The notes under the pieces: generated by a model
What the model was told of the DNA's origin: nothing
Seen by the model: only the letters and a program-made list of their open reading frames with translations
Databases searched by the model: none
Part shown: in pieces, positions 54,465 through 63,421 of the stretch
Layout of the letters: every line of letters starts with the position of its first letter
Numbering within the stretch: the first letter of the stretch is position 1
Assembly: GCA_965644265.1 (NCBI GenBank)
Contig: OZ286461.1
Location: 96,534,001-96,598,000 of the forward strand
Source: Glycera tridactyla
Taxonomy: Eukaryota
Length of the DNA: 64,000 nucleotides
Direction: 5' to 3'
Program-made: the position numbers and the translations under genes

Positions 54465-56459
54465 ATGGCGAACAAGAGGAAAGTTGCAGATACGGCAGGA
54501 AGTGATCAGAAAAGAAGGAAAGAAGCTCCGGATGATACGGTAGATGATACTGAGTTTCAAGATGTAGTAGAACCTGCAGGTGTTCCGCTTTGTTCACCAC
54601 AGGTTGGGGTAGACAAATACACATCAGTATCAGAAAGCCATAGTACTACACAAACTTTTGAAGGCCAAAGTGATCAAGATGTAGTGGGAAGTGGGTTGAC
54701 TTTTGGCCAAAAGCTGGATCGCCTTAAGCGACACGCAGAAAACATATGCAGTATGCGCACACGAACAATGACACAAGGAGTTGGTGGTTACCCAAGGTTA
54801 GGTCAATCTGTGAGTCACATACCATCTTTTGGTACATATACACACCAAGGGAGACAAAGGGAGGCAACGGCAACGTCAACGGGAGGAGAAAGAAATTATT
54901 CTGTTGCAGATGTAAGACAAGATCTACAAACAGCAATGAATTCAGCCGTTACACAAATGGGTGCTCTCACGAATCTAATGTCTGGTATACAGGAACAACT
55001 GGACAGCTTGTCAGATTTGTCAAGTCGCCAGGAGGATCAGCAACCAACCAGTCAACCACAACCAAATGTACATCAAAATATGCAAGGTGAGCACCATAAC
55101 ACAAGGTTTGGGGATATACCACAGCAGAGTGAGCAAGCACGCATGTTTGACAAATACAGACAATGGGTGAAAGGTCAAAATGCTAGAAACACACAACGAA
55201 CTGACATATCAACTCATGAAACAGGTGAAACAAACATTGACAATACAACGAACGCTGACCGCACATACAGGTTGAATGAACCGGACCATGACCAGTTGAA
55301 TGCGAGCAACATTGCTCAGTTTCAGGGGGCAGGTTCACCAATACATACCGACAATACTTTGCCATTGAATGTATGGGATAGAGGAGGTTCTTTAATATGC
55401 GGGCAGTGGAGTGGTCCTGGAAATATTTCATCATCATTTGATATGTTAGAGGGTTTAAGAAGTAGTGTAACAAATTGCAGGCAAAAGCAAGATTCCTTGT
55501 TTCGAGATGCAGCGATTAATTTGGGAATGAGAGATGTAAGAAATGATGCCAGCAGAAAAAATAACAAATCGCCTTTTCAACGTAATAGTAATAGTTCAAC
55601 TAACTTTCAGCATGCAAATTACCAAGGTCCAACAGTCACAAGCGGGGACCAACAATTGCCAACTATATATGGAAGTAACCCCCCTCAACCTCAAAATAGG
55701 GTTCATTTCGGGGATCCAATGTCAAGACACATAGTATCAGGGGGGATGCCTATAGGATATAAAATAGAGTTAGAAACGAAAATAGATATATGGCAAGACA
55801 GGTACGTAGACTTAGCGGAATTGTTGCAACCACAAAAAATAACAGATCATCATTATATAGTTGACAGGAAAACAGGGGAGTTTGTTCTAGCTAAACGTAA
55901 ACGCATAATAAGAACAATTAAGGATTGGGATGAAGCATTCTTAGTTTATGTTGCCATATATAACCAAAATCCAGTAAAAAATATTGAGCAAAAAGCAAGG
56001 GAGGGGGAGGAGTTATTATCATACATAAATGATGTAAGGGGAATTGCAGCAAAAAGGGGAGATTTCAAACTTTATGATGAGGAGTTTTGCATGCAGCGAT
56101 CGTATTTACAAGAACCATATCCATGGAATTCATACCATGCTAAATTGTATCATGAATGTAGTCAACCAGTGAGTTTTCAGACAAATTATGTTAATAGATA
56201 TGAATCTAGTAGCAACTTCACACAGCAAAACAATGGCAACCAAATGAGAAAAGGTTACTGTTTCGCATATAACTCTGCAAATAGGAGATGTATCATACCG
56301 AGATGTCCATTCAAACACGTATGTTCTAGTTGTCAGCTAAGGCACCCTGTCTTCCAATGCAGGTCTGGGGCGAACCAATCAGGAAACAGTCAAGCGGGAG
56401 GAATTAAGAAAAAGCCTGGTAACACCAACGACACCAATAAACCACCAGAGTCTACTTAA
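54465..56459 (+). CDS. gag: Gag-like protein, 664 aa
   Basis: KIDIWQDRYVDLAELL, IRTIKDWDEAFLVY and LYDEEF core segments typical of DIRS/Ngaro Gag; C-terminal C-x9-C-x4-C-x3-H plus C-x2-C-x3-H-x4-C zinc-finger cluster. Confidence 0.88.
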   Translation: MANKRKVADTAGSDQKRRKEAPDDTVDDTEFQDVVEPAGVPLCSPQVGVDKYTSVSESHSTTQTFEGQSDQDVVGSGLTFGQKLDRLKRHAENICSMRTRTMTQGVGGYPRLGQSVSHIPSFGTYTHQGRQREATATSTGGERNYSVADVRQDLQTAMNSAVTQMGALTNLMSGIQEQLDSLSDLSSRQEDQQPTSQPQPNVHQNMQGEHHNTRFGDIPQQSEQARMFDKYRQWVKGQNARNTQRTDISTHETGETNIDNTTNADRTYRLNEPDHDQLNASNIAQFQGAGSPIHTDNTLPLNVWDRGGSLICGQWSGPGNISSSFDMLEGLRSSVTNCRQKQDSLFRDAAINLGMRDVRNDASRKNNKSPFQRNSNSSTNFQHANYQGPTVTSGDQQLPTIYGSNPPQPQNRVHFGDPMSRHIVSGGMPIGYKIELETKIDIWQDRYVDLAELLQPQKITDHHYIVDRKTGEFVLAKRKRIIRTIKDWDEAFLVYVAIYNQNPVKNIEQKAREGEELLSYINDVRGIAAKRGDFKLYDEEFCMQRSYLQEPYPWNSYHAKLYHECSQPVSFQTNYVNRYESSSNFTQQNNGNQMRKGYCFAYNSANRRCIIPRCPFKHVCSSCQLRHPVFQCRSGANQSGNSQAGGIKKKPGNTNDTNKPPEST

Positions 56460-58005
56460 ATGGTTGGAAGGTTATGAAGAAAGTGAAAGAGAATATCTGG
56501 TAAATGGTTTTGCGCAGGGTTTCGATATAGGGTTTAAAAGTATATCACCAGGGTATAGAGGGCGCAACCCAGATTCCATTAAGCAATATATCGATATTGC
56601 TAAAGATTTGATTTACGCAGACGTAGTGTTGGATAGAATTGCAGGCCCTTTCACAGAAGTACCTTTTTGTAACTTTCACATTTCACCGATTAGCGTAGTC
56701 CCAAAGAGAGAGCAAGGAAAATATAGATTGATACACAACCTGTCTTCACCATATAATCATTTGTCAATAAATCATCACATACCTGATAATGAAGCATCTG
56801 TAAAATACATGACTGTTGATACAGTAATTAATCATGTTTTAGAAGTAGGGAGACAAGCTTATATTTGCAAAGCGGACATTAAGTCTGCATTTAGGATAGT
56901 GCCAGTAAAACCTGAGCAATTTCACTTATTGGGGATGAGGTTGGAGAATGAATATTTTGTCAATAAATGCTTAGCTATGGGGGGTAGATCTTCTTGTAGA
57001 ATATTTGAGAGGTTTTCAACAGCAATACAGTGGGTTTGTAATAATAAATTAGGAATAAAATACATGGCACATATGATTGACGACTACTGTATTGTAGCAG
57101 AGGGGGAAAGAGAGTGCAATAAGCAGCTACAAACTTTCAAATCATTCTGTGAAAATGTGGGTATACCGTTATGTCCCAAAAAGACCCAACCACCAAATCA
57201 AATCATGGAATTCTTGGGAGTAGAAATTAATGTAATAGAGGGATATGCCAAAATTCCAGTAAACAAACTTTTGAAGTATGCACAACAAATAAACGATATA
57301 GTAGAAGCAGGCAGATGTTCTTATGGAGATATGCGCTCATTGGTAGGCAAATTAAATTGGTGTGCGTCTCTAATAAAGGTGGGAAAATCCTTTTTAAGGG
57401 GATTGATAAACAGTACAAAAGGATTGAAAAATCCAGCACATTTTGTCACATTTTCGGAACATATGAGAAATGATCTCATCATGTGGCGCATGTTTCTGAG
57501 AGAATATAATGGTTATTCATATTTAAGACACAGAGCATTACAAAGGATGGAAACAGAACACATACAGTCAGATGCTTGCAAAACGGGGGCAGCAGTAATT
57601 TTCAGAAATTTGTGGTTCTATTTGGAATACAAGAATGATTGGCAGAACAAAAACATCGCTTACCAAGAGATGTATCCTATCCTGGTTGCAATGGTGGTCT
57701 TTAGATCATCTCTCAGAAACAATAAAGTCATATTTCATTGCGATAACATGGCAGTGGTGGAGGTGCTGAGTAAGAGAAGAGGGAAAGATGAGGAACTGGT
57801 ACGTTTGTTGAGACACATAAGTTTGATGGCATTACACAATGATGTGGATATTGATTGCAAGCATGTTGCAGGAACGGATAATGTTTTGGCTGACAAGTTG
57901 TCACGATATCAGTTTTCGCAGGTGTTCTTGATGGAAGCAGGATTAGCAGTACATCCAGTTCCAGTTCCGCAGGAATACAACCCTCAGGTTTGTGGGATCT
58001 GGTAA
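56341..58005 (+). CDS. pol: Reverse transcriptase / RNase H (frame open from 56341, overlapping the gag end; track start 56464)
   Basis: TPTTPIN...GF..GFDIG N-terminus, ISPISVVPK, KYRLIHNLS, ADIKSAFRIVPV, LAMGGRSSCRIF, HMIDDY; RNase H SDA, EMYP, HCDN, NVLADKLSR. Confidence 0.95.
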   Translation, partial: GTLSSNAGLGRTNQETVKREELRKSLVTPTTPINHQSLLKWLEGYEESEREYLVNGFAQGFDIGFKSISPGYRGRNPDSIKQYIDIAKDLIYADVVLDRIAGPFTEVPFCNFHISPISVVPKREQGKYRLIHNLSSPYNHLSINHHIPDNEASVKYMTVDTVINHVLEVGRQAYICKADIKSAFRIVPVKPEQFHLLGMRLENEYFVNKCLAMGGRSSCRIFERFSTAIQWVCNNKLGIKYMAHMIDDYCIVAEGERECNKQLQTFKSFCENVGIPLCPKKTQPPNQIMEFLGVEINVIEGYAKIPVNKLLKYAQQINDIVEAGRCSYGDMRSLVGKLNWCASLIKVGKSFLRGLINSTKGLKNPAHFVTFSEHMRNDLIMWRMFLREYNGYSYLRHRALQRMETEHIQSDACKTGAAVIFRNLWFYLEYKNDWQNKNIAYQEMYPILVAMVVFRSSLRNNKVIFHCDNMAVVEVLSKRRGKDEELVRLLRHISLMALHNDVDIDCKHVAGTDNVLADKLSRYQFSQVFLMEAGLAVHPVPVPQEYNPQVCGIW

Positions 58006-58889
58006 ATCAGTTAATTGATTCCTCGTTCGCTGATACAACAATGAAACAGTATAATACAGTTTGGGAAGAATTTGAGGAATTTTTATGGCAAAGATCTTTG
58101 AGTTTGAGTCACGAAGCATTATGCGTTTATGTGGCTTTTCTAGTAAATAAAGGATATAAAGTCACATCGATCAGATCAAAATTAGCCGCTATATCTCATG
58201 GGCTAAAAGTCAGAGATTGTCCAGATTTTTGTAAGCATTATGTTATTAATAGAATGTTAACGGGGGCTACAAGGAAGGGATTGGAAGGAGACAAAAGATT
58301 AGGGGTAGGGGAAACTATTTTGAGAAAAATAGTTGAATCATATCCCATCATAGCAATCAATCAATATGAATTAGTATTATTTCGCACACTATTTGTTTGG
58401 GCTTATACAGCATGTATGAGGGTTTCGGAATATGCAGAAACAGGGACCAGTGAGCATAAAGTGATGATGGAGGATTTGAGGGTAGCGGAAAGACATGGGG
58501 AAGTGGTGGCGTTCCAGCTCAGTTTTAGGTCATACAAGTGTTCAAGGGGAGAAAGGCGATTTATCGTGGAGAGGCGCGAAGGCGACATCTTGTGCCCAGT
58601 TGCGAGAATGGTGGAGTGGCTTAACGTTAGAGGGCGTGAATCAGGACCGCTGTTTGGTATAAAAGGTAAGGCGGTGTCGGCGGGGATGGTGAACGATAGG
58701 TTAAAGAAGGCAGCAAGATTTGTATTAGGTCAAAATTTGGGGAGTCGTGTTTCAAGTCATTCTTTTCGAATTGGTCGTTGCACAGACTGGGTTGAACAGG
58801 GATATACAGAAGAACAAATCAAATTAAAGGGAAGGTGGGCCTCAAACGCATTCAAATCATACATCCGCTCTCCAGCAGTTCCTTTATAG
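57990..58889 (+). CDS. Tyrosine recombinase (frame open from 57894; first ATG 58041)
   Basis: Catalytic set MRVSE (R), SHSFRIG (H-x-x-R), GRW (W), FKSYIR (Y); N-terminal SAM-like domain T...Y...W..F..F. Confidence 0.95.
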   Translation: MWDLVNQLIDSSFADTTMKQYNTVWEEFEEFLWQRSLSLSHEALCVYVAFLVNKGYKVTSIRSKLAAISHGLKVRDCPDFCKHYVINRMLTGATRKGLEGDKRLGVGETILRKIVESYPIIAINQYELVLFRTLFVWAYTACMRVSEYAETGTSEHKVMMEDLRVAERHGEVVAFQLSFRSYKCSRGERRFIVERREGDILCPVARMVEWLNVRGRESGPLFGIKGKAVSAGMVNDRLKKAARFVLGQNLGSRVSSHSFRIGRCTDWVEQGYTEEQIKLKGRWASNAFKSYIRSPAVPL

Positions 58890-58917
58890 TGGGCCAGCTG
58901 CTTGCTACGCAATTGTG

Positions 58918-59394
58918 GGCCAGCTTGGCCCATCTATATACTACAGGAAGTCAATATGTTGCAATAATACTATGCCAAAACAAATCAATGAACTGTCGTG
59001 GAAATCCACTGTTATGATATAGCACGAATATCATCACGTTGTCTGGACAGGTTGGGCTGGATGGCTATTTCATTATTAAAAGGATATAAAGAAGTAGCGG
59101 TACAGTTTGATCAGTTTATTTCCATTGAAATATACTGATTTCGGCCAGAACAACATGTCGAAGTTCAGGTGAACTTCTGTTTAAAACAGCGCTGCTAGGC
59201 ATTTCTTTTAGGCAAGGGGATCGGAAAAGGCAGAATGAGCCGTTACATGAAGTGCCTAGTGGCACAGGTTTTGTACAAAAGATTTTGTAAATAAATTGGC
59301 AAATATGAATTGTGGAAAATGTTAATTATTCGTTGAATGAATGAGAGTTTCACAACAGGGGTGGTGAAACTAGTATGTGCTTCTGAGAAACAAC
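58918..59394 (+). repeat. Split direct repeat B1 (477 bp)
   Basis: Matches 59743-60219 with one substitution seen (TATTCGTT vs TATTTGTT); contains AATAAA at 59290. Confidence 0.96.
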
Positions 59395-59717
59395 AAAAAA
59401 CATAATTTTTGAAATAAATTAATTTTTGTAGTTGAAAATGATAGCTGTTATATTTGGAGGAATGAGTTATGACAACTTGTGAACACAGATGGCGGTTATT
59501 TTTTGATTATTAATTTTTATTAATTATCCGACAAACAAATACTATTGCAGAATGTTGATATATGTATTGTCCGTGTTGACCAATTTGTTGATTATGATAA
59601 AAAGGAAAAAAGAGTCTTATTTTAGGTTGTGTGTATGGAATTGAGGGTACCAGTAGAGACGGCTATAAAAGGGTCAACAACACAGTGACTCTTCCCATTC
59701 TTGTTATACAGTTGAAG
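59395..59717 (+). repeat. Split direct repeat A2
   Basis: Copy of A1; followed by ACC rather than TAAGC. Confidence 0.96.
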
Positions 59718-59742
59718 ACCACCACCAACCCCACCACCACCT

Positions 59743-60219
59743 GGCCAGCTTGGCCCATCTATATACTACAGGAAGTCAATATGTTGCAATAATACTATGC
59801 CAAAACAAATCAATGAACTGTCGTGGAAATCCACTGTTATGATATAGCACGAATATCATCACGTTGTCTGGACAGGTTGGGCTGGATGGCTATTTCATTA
59901 TTAAAAGGATATAAAGAAGTAGCGGTACAGTTTGATCAGTTTATTTCCATTGAAATATACTGATTTCGGCCAGAACAACATGTCGAAGTTCAGGTGAACT
60001 TCTGTTTAAAACAGCGCTGCTAGGCATTTCTTTTAGGCAAGGGGATCGGAAAAGGCAGAATGAGCCGTTACATGAAGTGCCTAGTGGCACAGGTTTTGTA
60101 CAAAAGATTTTGTAAATAAATTGGCAAATATGAATTGTGGAAAATGTTAATTATTTGTTGAATGAATGAGAGTTTCACAACAGGGGTGGTGAAACTAGTA
60201 TGTGCTTCTGAGAAACAAC
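59743..60219 (+). repeat. Split direct repeat B2 (3' end of copy 1)
   Basis: Copy of B1; AATAAA at 60115-60120. Confidence 0.96.
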
Positions 60220-60589
60220 AAAAAACATAATTTTTGAAATAAATTAATTTTTGTAGTTGAAAATGATAGCTGTTATATTTGGAGGAATGAGTTATGACAA
60301 CTTGTGAACACAGATGGCGGTTATTTTTTGATTATTAATTTTTATTAATTATCCGACAAACAAATACTATTGCAGAATGTTGATATATGTATTGTCCGTG
60401 TTGACCAATTTGTTGATTATGATAAAAAGGAAAAAAGAGTCTTATTTTAGGTTGTGTGTATGGAATTGAGGGTACCAGTAGAGACGGCTATAAAAGGGTC
60501 AACAACACAGTGACTCTTCCCATTCTTGTTATACAGTTGAAGTAAGCAGGTTGCTCAGGTCGATTTCAGATAGGATTTTGGCGGGAAAC

Positions 60590-61339
60590 ATGGTGTCAGT
60601 TGGAGTTAACCCGTCTTTATCGTATATACCTATACGACAGTGGATAAATTGGAAAGTTAAGGTTGCCGTACTAGGGCATTCCTTTACTAGACATCAAAGT
60701 GAGGAATTACTTGAGGAAATGAAAACCATGGGAGTTTATGAGGAGGTTACACAAGGATTAATGCATAGAGGTAGGGTGAATGCTGAGATTTTGAAAGTGG
60801 ATGATGTGATTGATGTGGTGAATTTCAGAACATGTCCTTTTATCAAGACATATGGAAACAATGATCAAATAGAGTTGGAATTTCTCGCGATGGCAGCCTT
60901 GAAACCTGATGTACTGATAATCGATTTGGGGAGCAATGACTTGTGTAAAAGTGAGGTTGATCCAGCAACTCTTGCAGTTGATTTGTTTGAATTAGCAGTC
61001 AATTTGCGTCATGCTGGAATAGAGATGGTCATGTTTATGGCATGCTTAGATCGCGTAAAAGGACCATCGGATTTCAGAGCAAGAGCGAGAACTTTCAATC
61101 AAAAACTGAAATACTGCTGTGATTATGCTAAAAACAGTGGTGGCCTTGGGTTCTATAACACCAAAGGTTTTGGAAGTTTGGAGGAAGGAGAACCATCACA
61201 TGTGTATGAATGGAGTGTGGATGGCATTCACCCAATGAGAAACAGTAGATATTTCATGAGATACAGATATGAAGTAAGAAAGGCTATATGGAAAGGAGTA
61301 GTAGGCTTTGGGAAAGTTCTAATAGACCTGAGCAACTGA
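60590..61339 (+). CDS. SGNH hydrolase, copy 2
   Basis: Protein identical to copy 1. Confidence 0.9.
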   Translation: MVSVGVNPSLSYIPIRQWINWKVKVAVLGHSFTRHQSEELLEEMKTMGVYEEVTQGLMHRGRVNAEILKVDDVIDVVNFRTCPFIKTYGNNDQIELEFLAMAALKPDVLIIDLGSNDLCKSEVDPATLAVDLFELAVNLRHAGIEMVMFMACLDRVKGPSDFRARARTFNQKLKYCCDYAKNSGGLGFYNTKGFGSLEEGEPSHVYEWSVDGIHPMRNSRYFMRYRYEVRKAIWKGVVGFGKVLIDLSN

Positions 61340-61426
61340 AGAAAATTGGTAGAGAATGGGAATTTGTATTTATAATATGTATGTATAATGCAGCCATGAG
61401 CTGTGCTCTCATTAACATAATTTCAG

Positions 61427-63421
61427 ATGGCGAACAAGAGGAAAGTTGCAGATACGGCAGGAAGTGATCAGAAAAGAAGGAAAGAAGCTCCGGATGATAC
61501 GGTAGATGATACTGAGTTTCAAGATGTAGTAGAACCTGCAGGTGTTCCGCTTTGTTCACCACAGGTTGGGGTAGACAAATACACATCAGTATCAGAAAGC
61601 CATAGTACTACACAAACTTTTGAAGGCCAAAGTGATCAAGATGTAGTGGGAAGTGGGTTGACTTTTGGCCAAAAGCTGGATCGCCTTAAGCGACACGCAG
61701 AAAACATATGCAGTATGCGCACACGAACAATGACACAAGGAGTTGGTGGTTACCCAAGGTTAGGTCAATCTGTGAGTCACATACCATCTTTTGGTACATA
61801 TACACACCAAGGGAGACAAAGGGAGGCAACGGCAACGTCAACGGGAGGAGAAAGAAATTATTCTGTTGCAGATGTAAGACAAGATCTACAAACAGCAATG
61901 AATTCAGCCGTTACACAAATGGGTGCTCTCACGAATCTAATGTCTGGTATACAGGAACAACTGGACAGCTTGTCAGATTTGTCAAGTCGCCAGGAGGATC
62001 AGCAACCAACCAGTCAACCACAACCAAATGTACATCAAAATATGCAAGGTGAGCACCATAACACAAGGTTTGGGGATATACCACAGCAGAGTGAGCAAGC
62101 ACGCATGTTTGACAAATACAGACAATGGGTGAAAGGTCAAAATGCTAGAAACACACAACGAACTGACATATCAACTCATGAAACAGGTGAAACAAACATT
62201 GACAATACAACGAACGCTGACCGCACATACAGGTTGAATGAACCGGACCATGACCAGTTGAATGCGAGCAACATTGCTCAGTTTCAGGGGGCAGGTTCAC
62301 CAATACATACCGACAATACTTTGCCATTGAATGTATGGGATAGAGGAGGTTCTTTAATATGCGGGCAGTGGAGTGGTCCTGGAAATATTTCATCATCATT
62401 TGATATGTTAGAGGGTTTAAGAAGTAGTGTAACAAATCGCAGGCAAAAGCAAGATTCCTTGTTTCGAGATGCAGCGATTAATTTGGGAATGAGAGATGTA
62501 AGAAATGATGCCAGCAGAAAAAATAACAAATCGCCTTTTCAACGTAATAGTAATAGTTCAACTAACTTTCAGCATGCAAATTACCAAGGTCCAACAGTCA
62601 CAAGCGGGGACCAACAATTGCCAACTATATATGGAAGTAACCCCCCTCAACCTCAAAATAGGGTTCATTTCGGGGATCCAATGTCAAGACACATAGTATC
62701 AGGGGGGATGCCTATAGGATATAAAATAGAGTTAGAAACGAAAATAGATATATGGCAAGACAGGTACGTAGACTTAGCGGAATTGTTGCAACCACAAAAA
62801 ATAACAGATCATCATTATATAGTTGACGGGAAAACAGGGGAGTTTGTTCTAGCTAAACGTAAACGCATAATAAGAACAATTAAGGATTGGGATGAAGCAT
62901 TCTTAGTTTATGTTGCCATATATAACCAAAATCCAGTAAAAAATATTGAGCAAAAAGCAAGGGAGGGGGAGGAGTTATTATCATACATAAATGATGTAAG
63001 GGGAATTGCAGCAAAAAGGGGAGATTTCAAACTTTATGATGAGGAGTTTTGCATGCAGCGATCGTATTTACAAGAACCATATCCATGGAATTCATACCAT
63101 GCTAAATTGTATCATGAATGTAGTCAACCAGTGAGTTTTCAGACAAATTATGTTAATAGATATGAATCTAGTAGCAACTTCAAACAGCAAAACAATGGCA
63201 ACCAAATGAGAAAAGGTTACTGTTTCGCATATAACTCTGCAAATAGGAGATGTATCATACCGAGATGTCCATTCAAACACGTATGTTCTAGTTGTCAGCT
63301 AAGGCACCCTGTCTTCCAATGCAGGTCTGGGGCGAACCAATCAGGAAACAGTCAAGCGGGAGGAATTAAGAAAAAGCCTGGTAACACCAACGACACCAAT
63401 AAACCACCAGAGTCTACTTAA
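61427..63421 (+). CDS. gag: Gag-like protein, copy 2
   Basis: 664 aa; differs from copy 1 at three residues (C>R, R>G, T>K). Confidence 0.88.
   Translation: MANKRKVADTAGSDQKRRKEAPDDTVDDTEFQDVVEPAGVPLCSPQVGVDKYTSVSESHSTTQTFEGQSDQDVVGSGLTFGQKLDRLKRHAENICSMRTRTMTQGVGGYPRLGQSVSHIPSFGTYTHQGRQREATATSTGGERNYSVADVRQDLQTAMNSAVTQMGALTNLMSGIQEQLDSLSDLSSRQEDQQPTSQPQPNVHQNMQGEHHNTRFGDIPQQSEQARMFDKYRQWVKGQNARNTQRTDISTHETGETNIDNTTNADRTYRLNEPDHDQLNASNIAQFQGAGSPIHTDNTLPLNVWDRGGSLICGQWSGPGNISSSFDMLEGLRSSVTNRRQKQDSLFRDAAINLGMRDVRNDASRKNNKSPFQRNSNSSTNFQHANYQGPTVTSGDQQLPTIYGSNPPQPQNRVHFGDPMSRHIVSGGMPIGYKIELETKIDIWQDRYVDLAELLQPQKITDHHYIVDGKTGEFVLAKRKRIIRTIKDWDEAFLVYVAIYNQNPVKNIEQKAREGEELLSYINDVRGIAAKRGDFKLYDEEFCMQRSYLQEPYPWNSYHAKLYHECSQPVSFQTNYVNRYESSSNFKQQNNGNQMRKGYCFAYNSANRRCIIPRCPFKHVCSSCQLRHPVFQCRSGANQSGNSQAGGIKKKPGNTNDTNKPPEST

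Larger units (their letters stand above)
53258..60219 (+). mobile_element. Ngaro-type tyrosine-recombinase retrotransposon, complete copy 1 (6962 bp)
   Basis: Split direct repeat layout A1-ORFs-B1-A2-spacer-B2; Gag, RT/RNase H and YR ORFs; no methyltransferase after RNase H, unlike DIRS1-type elements; carries an SGNH hydrolase. Confidence 0.95.

Noticed and set aside
54322-57439. Antisense and alternative-frame ORFs overlapping the YR element
   Set aside because: They are short (60-114 aa), have no motifs, and are expected shadows of long ORFs.
53258-60542. LTR retrotransposon or DIRS1-type ITR/ICR element
   Set aside because: No integrase, no TG..CA LTRs, no PBS, no inverted terminal repeats and no methyltransferase. 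The repeats are split direct repeats.
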